From an uncultured Lachnospiraceae bacterium (GTDB lineage: Bacteria; Bacillota; Clostridia; Lachnospirales; Lachnospiraceae): a stretch of 64,000 nucleotides of DNA. The stretch spans positions 2,524 through 66,523 of the forward strand of contig CALWGP010000001.1 of the NCBI GenBank assembly GCA_944380095.1, read 5' to 3'. This document shows positions 20,482-31,104 of the stretch, piece by piece. The notes beneath the pieces are model-generated. The model had not been told where the DNA came from, ran no database searches, and worked only from the letters and a program-made list of their open reading frames with translations. The translations under genes and the position numbers were made by a program. The stretch's first letter is position 1. Each line of letters begins with the position of its first letter.

Positions 20482-21834
20482 TCAGAAAGGAAGCCTGAAC
20501 TTGCCTTTTCTTGCACCTTTTCCTCCCATCAGGGAAGGGAACTGCTTCATCATCTTCTGGCTTTGCTCAAACTGCTTGATGAAGCGGTTGACAACGCTGA
20601 TATCCACACCCGCGCCCCGGGCGATCCGGTGTTTGCGGCTGGGATTTAAAAGTTTGGGGTTTCTGCGTTCCTCCGGCGTCATGCTCAGCACGACCGCCTC
20701 CATACGGGCCAGCTGTTTTTCATCGATCAAAGACTCAAGCTCTGCGGATTTTGCCCCAAGGCCGGGCATCATGCCCAGGATGCTGGACAACCCGCCCATT
20801 TTGCGCATCTGCTTCATGCTTTCCAGGTAGTCCTCAAAATCGAACTTCCCTTTCTTCATGCGGGCGGCCATTTCCTTTTCCTTGTCTTCGTCCAGGTCGA
20901 TGCTGGACTGTACCTTGTCAATCAGGGAAAGGACATCGCCCATACCCAGGATACGTCCTGCCATACGATCCGGATAAAACTGCTCCAGATCGGACAGCTT
21001 TTCACCCATACCCACATATAAAATCGGCTTGCCTGTGACTGCCTTGATGGAAAGCGCCGCGCCACCCCTGGTATCCCCGTCCATTTTGGACAGGATCACA
21101 CCGTCGATTCCGACCTTTTCGTCAAATTCCTTCGCCACGTTGACCGCGTCCTGGCCGGTCATGGCGTCCACTACCAGAAGCGTCTGATGGACGGTAACGT
21201 TTTGCTTGATCTCCTGCAGCTCCGCCATCATATCCGCGTCAATATGCAGCCGTCCGGCAGTATCGAGGATGACAATATTGTGTCCGTTCTTCTGTGCGTG
21301 TTCGATCGCCGCTTTGGCAATATTCACCGGTTTGTGTCCGGTTCCCATGGAAAAGACGTCCACCTGCTGCTTTTCTGCGTTGATCTGCAGCTGTTCAATG
21401 GCGGCCGGCCGGTACACGTCGCAGGCCACCAGCAAAGGTTTCTTGCCTTTTTGCTTGAATTTTCCCGCAAGCTTTGCCGTAGTGGTGGTTTTGCCTGCGC
21501 CCTGCAGGCCGCACATCATAAGCACGGTCATGGCCTTTCCGGGCTGGAGGGCAATCTCCACCGTCTCGGAACCCATCAGGGCAGTCATCTCTTCATTGAC
21601 GATTTTGACCACCATCTGGCCGGGATTTAACCCGTTCATCACATCCTGGCCAACGGCCCGCTCCTCTACGGACTTCACAAACTGCTTGACCACTTTGAAA
21701 TTGACGTCAGCCTCCAGAAGGGCCATCTTCACTTCTTTGAGGGCGATCTTTACATCCTCTTGCGTCAGCCTTCCTTTGCTTCTTAAGCTTTTGAAAACAT
21801 TCTGCAGTTTATCCGTTAAGCTCTCAAATGCCAT
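20482..21834 (-). CDS. ffh: Signal recognition particle protein
   Basis: GLQGAGKTT, DTAGRL, DGDTRGGAALS, Met-rich M domain. Confidence 0.97.
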   Translation of the reverse strand: MAFESLTDKLQNVFKSLRSKGRLTQEDVKIALKEVKMALLEADVNFKVVKQFVKSVEERAVGQDVMNGLNPGQMVVKIVNEEMTALMGSETVEIALQPGKAMTVLMMCGLQGAGKTTTTAKLAGKFKQKGKKPLLVACDVYRPAAIEQLQINAEKQQVDVFSMGTGHKPVNIAKAAIEHAQKNGHNIVILDTAGRLHIDADMMAELQEIKQNVTVHQTLLVVDAMTGQDAVNVAKEFDEKVGIDGVILSKMDGDTRGGAALSIKAVTGKPILYVGMGEKLSDLEQFYPDRMAGRILGMGDVLSLIDKVQSSIDLDEDKEKEMAARMKKGKFDFEDYLESMKQMRKMGGLSSILGMMPGLGAKSAELESLIDEKQLARMEAVVLSMTPEERRNPKLLNPSRKHRIARGAGVDISVVNRFIKQFEQSQKMMKQFPSLMGGKGARKGKFRLPF

Positions 21835-21874
21835 CCGCGTCCTCTCCTGCGCCTCCGTCCCCGACGAAGATCCT

Positions 21875-22189
21875 CTACAGCTCTTCCAGAATTTTTCTGG
21901 CCAGCAGCTTCACATTTTCTTCGGAGCTGATCCGTTCGATCTGCTCCACGGTTTCCTTCACCTTCCCGAACTTTTCCAGAAGATGCAGCCTGCCCTCATA
22001 TCCTTTCAGCGTCTTGTCGCAGCGCCGGATCAGGTCATGGACCCCCTGCCTGCTGATCCCCTGTTCTTCGGCGATCTCGCTTAAAGACATGTCGTTGAGC
22101 ACTGCGTCCTCATAAATCCGCTGCTGATGGGGTGTCAACAGCTCCCCGTAAAAGTCGTACAGCAGACCCTGCTCCACAATTTTTTCCAT
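21875..22189 (-). CDS. ylxM: YlxM-family DNA-binding protein
   Basis: DFYGELLT, DMSLSEIAE, ISRQGVHD; upstream of ffh. Confidence 0.9.
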   Translation of the reverse strand: MEKIVEQGLLYDFYGELLTPHQQRIYEDAVLNDMSLSEIAEEQGISRQGVHDLIRRCDKTLKGYEGRLHLLEKFGKVKETVEQIERISSEENVKLLARKILEEL

Positions 22190-22210
22190 TGTCAGCTCCT
22201 CACTCCGGGT

Positions 22211-22256
22211 AGTGTACTATAAAAGTTTTTGGCTGTCAAGTATTTTTTCTTTACAG
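22211..22256 (-). promoter_or_regulatory. ylxM-ffh promoter with an overlapping imperfect palindrome
   Basis: TTGACA-17-TACACT; CTGTAAAG-N8-CTTGACAG covers the -35. Confidence 0.7.
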
Positions 22257-22286
22257 CTTTCGGGAGAAAAGCTGAAGTCTCATTTT

Positions 22287-23513
22287 TTACATTACGGTAC
22301 GCACCAGTTTGGGACGGTATCCCCCCTGCTCCAGTGCCTGCATAATCTCGTTTTTGTGCTGCGTGCCGAAAGCTTCCATGGTAATGCGCAGTTCCACGGC
22401 AGCGTTGCGGTTGATGGAAACAAACTGGTTGTGGGACAGCTTGATGACGTTGCCGCCCAGTTCTGCCACGACGCCGGATACCTTATGCAGCTCGCCCGGT
22501 TTGTCCGGCAGAAGTACGGACACCGTAAAGATCCGGTCCCGCAGGATCAGTCCCTGCTGCACCACGGAAGACATGGTAATTACATCCATGTTCCCTCCGC
22601 TTAAAATCGCCACCACTTTCTTTCCCTTCGCGTCCAGATATTTCAGCGCCGCCACGGTTAAAAGGCCGGAATTTTCCACCACCATCTTGTGGTTTTCCAC
22701 CATATCCAAAAAAGCCACTACCAGCTCCGCGTCCTCCACAGTAATAATATCGTCCAGATTTTCCTGGATGTAGGGGAAAATCTTCTCGCCCGGCGTTTTT
22801 ACCGCCGTGCCGTCGGCAATGGTATTGACCGCAGGCAGCGTGGTCACCTTGCCGTTTCTTAAGGACTCCTGCATACAGTTGGCATTGGCAGGCTCCACGC
22901 CGATCACCCGGATTTTAGGATTCAAAAGCTTTGCCAGGGTGGAAACCCCGGCCGCAAGGCCCCCGCCCCCGATGGGTACCAGGATATAATCCACCAAAGG
23001 CAGTTCCTTGATGATCTCCATGGCGATGGTCCCCTGTCCGGTGGCTACGGCCAGGTCGTCGAAAGGATGGACAAAGGTATATCCGTGCTCTTTTGCCAGC
23101 TCATAGGCTTTTGCGCAGGCTTCGTCATACACGTCCCCATACAGCACCACCTCGGCCCCGTATCCTTTCGTCCGGTTGACCTTGATCAGCGGCGTGGTGG
23201 TAGGCATCACGATGGTGGACTTCACCCCGTAGCACTGCGCCGCATAGGCCACGCCCTGGGCATGATTGCCCGCGGAAGCGGTGATGACACCCTTCTGGCG
23301 CTCTTCCGGCAAAAGGGTGCTCATTTTATAATAGGCCCCCCGCACTTTATAGGCCCCGGTAAACTGCATGTTTTCCGGCTTGATATATACCTTCGCGCCG
23401 GTCTGCTGGCTGAAATAGTCGCTGTAAACCAGTTTTGTTTCCAGCGTCACCTTTTTTACCACTTCCGCAGCTTCCTCGAACGTTTCCAGCGTCAGCATCT
23501 TTTTTTCTTCCAT
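22287..23513 (-). CDS. ilvA: Threonine ammonia-lyase with C-terminal ACT domain
   Basis: PLP Lys in FTGAYKVRGA, SAGNHAQG, PIGGGGL, SGGNMD, LPDKPGEL. Confidence 0.88.
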   Translation of the reverse strand: MEEKKMLTLETFEEAAEVVKKVTLETKLVYSDYFSQQTGAKVYIKPENMQFTGAYKVRGAYYKMSTLLPEERQKGVITASAGNHAQGVAYAAQCYGVKSTIVMPTTTPLIKVNRTKGYGAEVVLYGDVYDEACAKAYELAKEHGYTFVHPFDDLAVATGQGTIAMEIIKELPLVDYILVPIGGGGLAAGVSTLAKLLNPKIRVIGVEPANANCMQESLRNGKVTTLPAVNTIADGTAVKTPGEKIFPYIQENLDDIITVEDAELVVAFLDMVENHKMVVENSGLLTVAALKYLDAKGKKVVAILSGGNMDVITMSSVVQQGLILRDRIFTVSVLLPDKPGELHKVSGVVAELGGNVIKLSHNQFVSINRNAAVELRITMEAFGTQHKNEIMQALEQGGYRPKLVRTVM

Positions 23514-23514
23514 T

Positions 23515-24465
23515 TCAGTCATTCCCTTCTTCTGTCGTCCTGATGTCAAACAGCGCGTTTACAAACTGATTTGCATCGAATTTCTGCAAATCCTCTATGG
23601 TTTCGCCTACCCCGATGTATTTTACCGGGATATGCAGTTCGGACTGGATGGCCACCGCAATCCCGCCTTTGGCTGTCCCGTCCATCTTCGTCAGGATGAT
23701 CCCCGTCAGGTCTGCCACCTGGGAAAATTCCCTGGCCTGCGCCAGGGCATTCTGTCCGGTAGTGCCGTCCAGGACAACCAGGTTTTCCCGATGGGCGTCC
23801 GGAAATTCCCGGTCGATGATCCGGTTCATCTTTTTGAGTTCTTCCATCAGGTTTTTCTTGTTATGAAGCCTCCCGGCAGTATCGCACAAAAGCACGTCGA
23901 TATGCCTGGCTTTTGCCGCATGTACGGCGTCGTAGATGACGCTGGCCGGATCGGAGCCTTCCCGGCCGCCGATCATGTCCACCCCGGCGCGGTTGGCCCA
24001 TTCTTCCAGCTGCTCTCCCGCCGCCGCCCGGAACGTATCCGCCGCCGCGATCAGCACCCGCCTTCCCTGGGCTTTGAGTTTGCCCGCCAGCTTTCCCACG
24101 GAAGTGGTTTTCCCTACCCCGTTGACGCCGATGACCAGCACCACGGACTGCTTCGTTTCAAAATCGTAGGCGGTTTCCCCCACGTCCATCTGTTCCCGGA
24201 TGCTGTCGATTAAAAGCTGCCTGCAGGCCTCCGGCTCCCGGATGCCCTGTTCCTTTACCTGTTTTTTAAGACGCTCCAAAATGGCGGCGGTGGCGTTGAC
24301 GCCAAGGTCCCCCATAATCAGCGTTTCTTCCAGCTCTTCATAAAAATCGTCGTCGATGGAAGAAAATCCGGAAAAAATGGAATCAATCCCCTTGACGATG
24401 TTGTTCCTGGTCTTGGTCAGCCCTTCTTTCAGCCGGGCAAAAAAACCTTTCTTTTCTTCACTCAT
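23515..24465 (-). CDS. ftsY: SRP receptor FtsY
   Basis: GVNGVGKTT, DTAGRLHNK, TKMDGTAKGG. Confidence 0.96.
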   Translation of the reverse strand: MSEEKKGFFARLKEGLTKTRNNIVKGIDSIFSGFSSIDDDFYEELEETLIMGDLGVNATAAILERLKKQVKEQGIREPEACRQLLIDSIREQMDVGETAYDFETKQSVVLVIGVNGVGKTTSVGKLAGKLKAQGRRVLIAAADTFRAAAGEQLEEWANRAGVDMIGGREGSDPASVIYDAVHAAKARHIDVLLCDTAGRLHNKKNLMEELKKMNRIIDREFPDAHRENLVVLDGTTGQNALAQAREFSQVADLTGIILTKMDGTAKGGIAVAIQSELHIPVKYIGVGETIEDLQKFDANQFVNALFDIRTTEEGND

Positions 24466-24481
24466 TCAAAAAATCCCCCTT

Positions 24482-27400
24482 CTAATCGGTCAGTTCCTTA
24501 TCAATCAGGTTTACGCTTACCAGTGTGGACACGCCTTTTTCCTGCATGGTGATTCCGTACAGGCGGTCTGCCGCTTCCATGGTTCCCCGTCTGTGGGTGA
24601 TGACAATAAACTGGGTATGGGCGGTAAGCTTGTGCAGATATTTTGCGAACCGTCCTACGTTGCTGTCGTCCAGGGCGGCTTCGATTTCATCCAGAAGACA
24701 GAACGGCGAAGGCTTTAGGTTCTGGATGGCAAAGAGCAGGGAAATGGCAGTAAGGGCCTTTTCCCCGCCGGAAAGCTGCATCATGTTCTGCAGTTTCTTC
24801 CCGGGCGGCTGCGCGATGATGCGGATGCCCGCTTCCAGGATATCCTCATCCTCCATCAGCTCAAGCGTCCCTTTCCCGCCTCCGAACAGCTCCTTAAACA
24901 CTTTATCGAATTCCCGGCCGATCTGGGCGAATTTTTCCTTAAACTGCCGCCGCATGGCTTCGTCCAGTTCCCGGATAATCCCTGTCAGCGTCTTTTCCGC
25001 CTCTACCAGGTCGTCGTGCTGGTTCTTTAAAAACGTATACCGCTCCATCAGGTTTTTATAATCTTCGATGGCGTTTACGTTCACATCCCCCAGCTTTTTG
25101 ATTTCGTCCTTTACCGCCGCCGCTTCCTTTTTCATGGCCGCCAGATCCGTCAGCGCCTCATCCCGCAGGGCCATGGCGTCCCGCAGTGTCACTTCATACT
25201 CGCTCCACATATAGCTGATCTGGTTTTCCGCCGTTTCTTCCACCTTTTCCTTCTGGGCGTTTAAACGGTACACTTCCTTATCCAGGGCGTTCATCCGTCC
25301 GGACAGCTCTTCTCTGACCGCAAAAAAGCTTTTCTGCTTTGCAGACAGCTCTTCTTTCCTGGCCGTATCGCGGGCCAGCTTTTCCTGCGCGTCGGACTGG
25401 GAGGTATGGGAAGCTGCAATGGTCTTTTCCAGTTCCAGGATGTTCTTTTCCTTCTCCTCGATCTCTGCCTTCCCGTTTTTTAATCCTTCCTCCACTTCCG
25501 AAAGCTCTGCCCTGTAACGGTCGCTCTCTGCTTCCAGACGGTTTTCGTTGGTTTCAAAAAATCCAAGCTGCTGCCGGATCTTTTCCATTTCCACTTCCTG
25601 CTCGTTTAACGTCTCCGTCTGGCAGGACTCTTCTTTCCTTTTTTCCGTCAGCTCCGCCTGGAAAACGGCAATCTCTTCTTCCAGCTGTTTTTCCCTGGAT
25701 TCAGACTCCGTCAGTTCCAGCGCGATTTTCTGCCGGTTCTCCCGGATCTCGGCGGCCTGTTTCTCGATTTGGGCCTCTTCTTTTTTCAGGTCCCCGAATC
25801 CAGCCTCCGTCTGGGATTTCTTCTCCTGGGCCGCCAGTACATTAAGCCTTGCGGTGTTCTGCCGGATAAAGGCCTCCTGCAGCTTTTCCCGCCCTTCTTC
25901 CAGTTCCATCCTAAGGCGGTTGCGCTCGCTTTTGACCTGCTCGATGGCGTCCAGAAGGCCGTCAATTTCCATCAGGCTTTTTTTGACCCTGGCCTCCAGC
26001 TCATCCATTTCCCTGCGCCGGCCCAGCAGATTGCTGCTGTTTTTAAAGGCGCCGCCGCTGATGGCGCCTCCCGGCACCAAAAGTTCCCCTTCCAGCGTAA
26101 CAATCCGGAAGGAATAACCGTATTTTTTGGCCAGCTTCACCGCATGGTCCACCTGGTCCACCACCAGGATCCGGCCCAACAGGGATTTCGCCACATCCTC
26201 ATAGGCTTTTCCCACCGTTACCAGTTCATGGGCCAGCCCCAGCACCCCGGGCTCGGACAGCGCTTCCTTCTGTTTAAAGGCCTGGGCATTTTTCACGCTC
26301 GTTAAGGGAAGGAAGGTGGCCCTTCCGCCCCTGGTACGCTTCAGATAAGAAATCATCCGTTTGGCGGTATCCTCGTCTTTGGTCACCACATTCTGGATGC
26401 TGCCGCCCAGCGCCGTTTCAATGGCCACTTCATATTTCTTTTCTACTTTGACGATGTCGGCCACCACGCCGATGATGCCGGGTTCTTCGTCCTTTTGCTC
26501 CATCACCCGGCGGACGCTGCCCCCGTATCCTTCATAACGTTCCGTCAGGTTGGTCAAAGCGTCCAGCTTGGACTTTTCCTGATGATAGGTCACCTGGGTA
26601 TCCCGAAGCTGTTTGTCCTTTTGCGCCAAATCGTTCCTGGCCGCCGACAGCTGCTCTTCCAGCCGGGACTGCTGCGCGTTTCTCTGCTCGATTTCCCGGT
26701 TTACTTCCTCGAAAACCGCATTGAGCTCTTTGATGGCTTCCTCCTGCAAAACTTCGTCGGACTTGGCCTGCAGCAGGCGGGAATTGAGCTGCGCCCTGCG
26801 GATCTGGAGCTGTTCCGTCATGGTATCCAGCCGCCCCGCCCCGGATTTGATGGCCGCCCTCTGATTGAGGATCTCGATAATGGCGTTCTTTCCGGACTCC
26901 ACGGAAGTATTGAGCTGCGCAATCCTCTCCCTGGTCGCTTCCAGCGTCCCAGACGCCCTGTCACGGCTTTCCTGCTGCTTTTGAAACTCTGCCTCAATCC
27001 CGGCTTTTTTGGCAAGCAGCCCTTCCATTTCTTCCCTGCGGGAAGAAAGTTCCCCTTCCAGGGTCTGTCTGCGTCCTTCCAGATGCTCCCCGTTTCCCGT
27101 AAGGGAACGGATTTTTTCTTTTAAGACGGCGATTTCCCCTTCCAGTTTCCCGCGCAGCACGGAAGTATCCGTCAAAAGCGCCCTGGAGGCTTCCATCTCC
27201 TTTTCCAGCCGTTCGATTTCGCTTTGGCCTTTTTCGTATTCTTCCCGGATCCCTTCGTATTTTTCCGTCGTCTCTTTCAGATCCCCGCTGGCAATGGAAA
27301 GCTTTTCCTGCGTCTGGGCCAGCTGTTCGCGAAGCCTTTCGTTTTCCAGCAAAAATACGTTCACATCCAGGTTTTTTAAGATTTCCTTTTTCTTTAAATA

Positions 27401-28042
27401 AATCCTTGCCTTTTCCGACTGTTTTTCCAGCGGGGCAACCTGCTTTTCCAGTTCGGTCAAAATATCCGTCACACGCAGCAGGTTTTGCTTTTCGGCTTCC
27501 AGCTTTTTCACCGCGCTGTCCTTACGGCGCTTGAACTTGACAATGCCGGCCGCTTCGTCAAACAGTTCCCTGCGTTCCTCCGGTTTCCCGCTTAAGATCC
27601 GGTCAATCTGTCCCTGTCCGATAATGGAATAGCCCTCTTTGCCGATACCCGTATCGTAAAAAAGCTCATTCACGTCCTTTAACCGGCAGGGCGTGTTGTT
27701 GATCAGATACTCGCTCTCCCCGGACCGGTACAGCCTTCTGGCCACGGTCACTTCATCGTAATCGATCGCCAGCTGGTGATCGGAATTGTCCAGCGTAATG
27801 GCTACATAAGCATACCCCAGGGGCTTTCTCAACTCGGTACCGGAAAAAATAACGTCCTGCATACTTGCGCCGCGCAGCTGCTTGATCCGCTGTTCGCCAA
27901 GCACCCAGCGCACCGCGTCCGCCACATTACTCTTTCCGCTGCCGTTTGGCCCCACAATTCCGGTGATCCCGTTGTGAAACTGAAAATCGATCTTATTGGC
28001 AAAGGATTTAAATCCGTGTACTTCAATACTTTTTAAATACAT
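24482..28042 (-). CDS. smc: Chromosome segregation protein SMC
   Basis: GPNGSGKSN, hinge GGRATFLPL and GGAISGG, coiled coils, [16 protein letters not shown]. Confidence 0.97.
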   Translation of the reverse strand: MYLKSIEVHGFKSFANKIDFQFHNGITGIVGPNGSGKSNVADAVRWVLGEQRIKQLRGASMQDVIFSGTELRKPLGYAYVAITLDNSDHQLAIDYDEVTVARRLYRSGESEYLINNTPCRLKDVNELFYDTGIGKEGYSIIGQGQIDRILSGKPEERRELFDEAAGIVKFKRRKDSAVKKLEAEKQNLLRVTDILTELEKQVAPLEKQSEKARIYLKKKEILKNLDVNVFLLENERLREQLAQTQEKLSIASGDLKETTEKYEGIREEYEKGQSEIERLEKEMEASRALLTDTSVLRGKLEGEIAVLKEKIRSLTGNGEHLEGRRQTLEGELSSRREEMEGLLAKKAGIEAEFQKQQESRDRASGTLEATRERIAQLNTSVESGKNAIIEILNQRAAIKSGAGRLDTMTEQLQIRRAQLNSRLLQAKSDEVLQEEAIKELNAVFEEVNREIEQRNAQQSRLEEQLSAARNDLAQKDKQLRDTQVTYHQEKSKLDALTNLTERYEGYGGSVRRVMEQKDEEPGIIGVVADIVKVEKKYEVAIETALGGSIQNVVTKDEDTAKRMISYLKRTRGGRATFLPLTSVKNAQAFKQKEALSEPGVLGLAHELVTVGKAYEDVAKSLLGRILVVDQVDHAVKLAKKYGYSFRIVTLEGELLVPGGAISGGAFKNSSNLLGRRREMDELEARVKKSLMEIDGLLDAIEQVKSERNRLRMELEEGREKLQEAFIRQNTARLNVLAAQEKKSQTEAGFGDLKKEEAQIEKQAAEIRENRQKIALELTESESREKQLEEEIAVFQAELTEKRKEESCQTETLNEQEVEMEKIRQQLGFFETNENRLEAESDRYRAELSEVEEGLKNGKAEIEEKEKNILELEKTIAASHTSQSDAQEKLARDTARKEELSAKQKSFFAVREELSGRMNALDKEVYRLNAQKEKVEETAENQISYMWSEYEVTLRDAMALRDEALTDLAAMKKEAAAVKDEIKKLGDVNVNAIEDYKNLMERYTFLKNQHDDLVEAEKTLTGIIRELDEAMRRQFKEKFAQIGREFDKVFKELFGGGKGTLELMEDEDILEAGIRIIAQPPGKKLQNMMQLSGGEKALTAISLLFAIQNLKPSPFCLLDEIEAALDDSNVGRFAKYLHKLTAHTQFIVITHRRGTMEAADRLYGITMQEKGVSTLVSVNLIDKELTD

Positions 28043-28051
28043 GTATACTCC

Positions 28052-28741
28052 TTACCGGTTTCGCAGATTCAGAATCGCCTCATAGGCAGCCTGCTGTTCC
28101 GCCGCTTTTTTCGTCCTACCCCTCCCGCTGCCCAGGCACTGTCCATCCAGGCGCACTTCCACCCAAAACTCCTTGCTGTGGTCCGGCCCCAGTTCCCCTT
28201 TGAGCTCATATTCCAGACGGTTCTCCCCTTCTGCCTGCACCATTTCCTGCAGCACCGTTTTGCTGTCATAAAACAGGATCTTATTCTCCAGGTCCGACAG
28301 CACAAACCGGTGGATGAAAGCGTGGGCCGCCCCAAAGCCGCCGTCTAAGTACAGCGCCCCGATCAGCGCCTCCATGGCGTCCGAAGTAATGGATTCCCTA
28401 TGTCTTCCCCCGGTGGCTTCCTCTCCCCGGCCAAGAAGCATATACTCTCCCAGCTCCAGCTCCCTGGCGCAGTATGCCAGCGCGGGTTCGCAGACCATGG
28501 AGGATCTTAATTTGGTCAGTTTCCCTTCCGGCAGGCTGGGGTTTTCATGGAAGAGAAAGTCGCTTGACACCAGTTCCAGCACCGCGTCTCCCAAAAACTC
28601 CAGTCTTTCATAGTCTTTGAGCTTGTTGATTTTTTGCTCATTGGCATAGGAACTGTGGGTCAGCGCCTGCTTTAAAAGCCCCTTTTCCCGAAACCGGTAT
28701 CCGATCCGGTTTTCCAGTTCCTCCATTGTATAAGTTCTCAT
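28052..28741 (-). CDS. rnc: Ribonuclease III
   Basis: ERLEFLGDAVL signature, C-terminal dsRBD. Confidence 0.96.
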   Translation of the reverse strand: MRTYTMEELENRIGYRFREKGLLKQALTHSSYANEQKINKLKDYERLEFLGDAVLELVSSDFLFHENPSLPEGKLTKLRSSMVCEPALAYCARELELGEYMLLGRGEEATGGRHRESITSDAMEALIGALYLDGGFGAAHAFIHRFVLSDLENKILFYDSKTVLQEMVQAEGENRLEYELKGELGPDHSKEFWVEVRLDGQCLGSGRGRTKKAAEQQAAYEAILNLRNR

Positions 28742-28858
28742 TTTTACCTCCCTGTGCCTGAAAAAGGGCCGCCGCACCAATCCGTCAGCCAGCATCCCGG
28801 TCCCAAACCCTACTGCTGCCATCCGTTTTGTACAACAGCCCTCTGCATACCGCAGTCC

Positions 28859-29092
28859 TTATCCTTTTTCCGCCCTCCTAATCAGCTCCACCGCCTCTTT
28901 CACGGTAGTGACTTTTTCCGCTTCCGATGCAGGGATCTCAATTCCAAAGGCATCCTCGATCCCCATGATAATCTGATATACATCAAGGGAATCCGCACAC
29001 AAATCTTCCACAAAGGTCGTCTCTTCCGTCACTTCTCTCGGGTCTACACTGAGCACCTCCGCAATCACCTGTCTGAGCTTCTCCAGTTCCAT
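28859..29092 (-). CDS. acpP: Acyl carrier protein
   Basis: DLCADSLD phosphopantetheine motif; acidic 77-aa protein. Confidence 0.9.
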   Translation of the reverse strand: MELEKLRQVIAEVLSVDPREVTEETTFVEDLCADSLDVYQIIMGIEDAFGIEIPASEAEKVTTVKEAVELIRRAEKG

Positions 29093-29093
29093 G

Positions 29094-30122
29094 TCAGCCT
29101 TCTTCCTTTGCAGCCGCAAGGCTTTCTTTGATCTTGCCGATGATATCCTGCTTACGGAAAGTAACGCACTGCAAAACAGTATTTTTGATTTCCACGGCTT
29201 TGGAACTTCCGTGGGTCTTGACTACCAGTCCCTTCAATCCCAGAAGCGGCGCCCCGCCGTACTGTTCCAGGTCAAACTCCTTGAGCGTCTGCTTCAGGGC
29301 GGGCTTGACCAGCAGGGCGCCTATTTTGCTGCGCACGGAACTCATCATCCCGCCTTTCACCTTTTTGATCAGGGTAGCGCCCACGCCTTCGTAGAGCTTG
29401 ACGATGACGTTGCCCACAAAGGCTTCGCAGACAATCACGTCCGCATATCCTGCCGGGATCTCCCTGGCCTCTATGCTTCCGATAAAGTTGATATCCCTGC
29501 ATTCCTTCAGCAGCGGGAACGTCTCTTTCACAAGCGCGTTTCCTTTTTCTTCTTCCGCGCCGATATTGACAATGGCGACTCTCGGATTTTTCACTCCCAC
29601 CACATGTTCCATATAGATGGAGCCCATCCGCGCAAACTGTACAAGATGGGAAGGCCTGGCATCCACGTTGGCCCCGCAGTCAATGAGCAAAGAAACCCCT
29701 TTTTCCGTAGGGATCAGCGGCGCCAGCGGAGGTCTCTCCACGCCTTTGGCCCGGCCCACAAGCACCTGTCCGCCCACAAGCACCGCCCCCGTACTGCCGG
29801 CGGATACAAAAGCGTCACAGGTCCCGGACTTCACCAGTTCCAGTCCGCGGACAATGGAAGAATCCTTCTTTTTCCGAATGGCGTTCACCGGGGGTTCTGC
29901 CGTTTCGATCACTTCCGTCGCGTTGACGATCTCCACCCTGTCTTTCGGGTAGCTGCAGGAAGCCAGCTCCTTTTCGATCACCTCCTGCCTGCCTACCAGA
30001 AAAACCTGAATCCGGCCGTCTGCCTCCACGGCCTGCAGCGCGCCCTTTACGATCTCCGCCGGGGCATTGTCCCCGCCCATGGCATCCACTGCCACTTTCA
30101 CAAACTCCGCCATCTTTGCCAT
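29094..30122 (-). CDS. plsX: Phosphate acyltransferase PlsX
   Basis: VAVDAMGGDNAP, SAGSTGA, DCGANVD, GGAPLLG, KTHGSS. Confidence 0.95.
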   Translation of the reverse strand: MAKMAEFVKVAVDAMGGDNAPAEIVKGALQAVEADGRIQVFLVGRQEVIEKELASCSYPKDRVEIVNATEVIETAEPPVNAIRKKKDSSIVRGLELVKSGTCDAFVSAGSTGAVLVGGQVLVGRAKGVERPPLAPLIPTEKGVSLLIDCGANVDARPSHLVQFARMGSIYMEHVVGVKNPRVAIVNIGAEEEKGNALVKETFPLLKECRDINFIGSIEAREIPAGYADVIVCEAFVGNVIVKLYEGVGATLIKKVKGGMMSSVRSKIGALLVKPALKQTLKEFDLEQYGGAPLLGLKGLVVKTHGSSKAVEIKNTVLQCVTFRKQDIIGKIKESLAAAKEEG

Positions 30123-30251
30123 CCGTCCTTTCCATCGCGTCCGCCCGTTTTCAGGCCTTCGCCTCATACGTTTTTGCCGCCCTTTTGCAGCAGGCCGGCA
30201 TTATGTTTACTATACTAAACTCCCGGGGAAAAGTCAATTTTCCTGTCGTAT

Positions 30252-30291
30252 AAAAAAACTGCTGCAACGGACTGAACTGTCCATGCAGCAG
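30252..30291 (-). terminator. rpmF terminator
   Basis: Stem CTGCTGCA / TGCAGCAG plus T7 on the minus strand. Confidence 0.7.
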
Positions 30292-30304
30292 CTTTCTTTT
30301 CTGC

Positions 30305-30487
30305 TTAAGCTTCTACCTTAACGATCTCGCGCTTGTTATAAGAACCGCAGGCCTTGCAAACTCTGTGAGGCATCATCAGTGCGCCGCATTTGCTGCACTT
30401 TACCAGCGTGGGTGCGCTCATTTTCCAGTTCGCTCTTCTCTTGTCTCTTCTGGACTTGGAAGACTTATTCTTAGGACAGATAGACAT
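30305..30487 (-). CDS. rpmF: 50S ribosomal protein L32 (Zn-ribbon form)
   Basis: PKNKSSKSRRDKRRA, CSKC...HRVCKAC. Confidence 0.96.
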   Translation of the reverse strand: MSICPKNKSSKSRRDKRRANWKMSAPTLVKCSKCGALMMPHRVCKACGSYNKREIVKVEA

Positions 30488-30489
30488 CG

Positions 30490-31014
30490 TTACACCTCCT
30501 TATTCGCGTTAAAGACATCCATAATTGCCGCCATCCTCGGATCAGGAACGAATGTATCGCAGCCGCACGCTCCTGTGTTCAAATCCTTCCCGCATACGGG
30601 ACAGAGTCCTTTGCAGTCGGGTCTGCACAATACCTTCATAGGCCAGCTTGTCATAATTTCATTTTGAATCAGGCAGTCTGTGTCCAGCGTATAACCGTCC
30701 ATGAAATCCGCCTGTTCCTGCGCCTCTTCCTCAGAGGCCCGGTCAGGCGCCACCACCTGTCTTGCAAACTGCAGCAAAAAGGGGTACTCCACTTCCCTCA
30801 AGCATCTGTCGCAGGGGATTACCGCCGTCAGCTTCCCGGACACCTCTGCCAGCGCTTTGCCCGGCTCGGTATTCGTCAGCCGAAGGGAAAAAGCGGTGCA
30901 GTCCCGCACAGGATAGGAAACGCCCTGATGCTCCAGCTGTGTGAAGCCGGCCGGGATCTCCTTTTCCACAACCCTGCCTTCGGATGTAAAAACATCTGTT
31001 ATATTCACTAACAT
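30490..31014 (-). CDS. yceD: DUF177/YceD-family protein
   Basis: CDRCL, LCRPDCKGLCPVCG, DPR; upstream of rpmF. Confidence 0.9.
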   Translation of the reverse strand: MLVNITDVFTSEGRVVEKEIPAGFTQLEHQGVSYPVRDCTAFSLRLTNTEPGKALAEVSGKLTAVIPCDRCLREVEYPFLLQFARQVVAPDRASEEEAQEQADFMDGYTLDTDCLIQNEIMTSWPMKVLCRPDCKGLCPVCGKDLNTGACGCDTFVPDPRMAAIMDVFNANKEV

Positions 31015-31050
31015 GACATACTCCTGACGTCCGATAAAATCATACAGACT

Positions 31051-31096
31051 TTATCCACACTCAACAAATTATACCCGGCACACCCCGGTTTGTCAA
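31051..31096 (-). promoter_or_regulatory. yceD-rpmF promoter with an adjacent perfect DnaA-box 9-mer
   Basis: TTGACA-17-TATAAT (31068-31096); TTATCCACA at 31051-31059. Confidence 0.7.
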
Positions 31097-31104
31097 CAAT
31101 TTTT

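Noticed and set aside
30195-30240. Possible FapR operator upstream of plsX
   Set aside because: TTAGTATAGTAAA does not form the FapR palindrome and is explained by the -10 element; no fapR gene is present.
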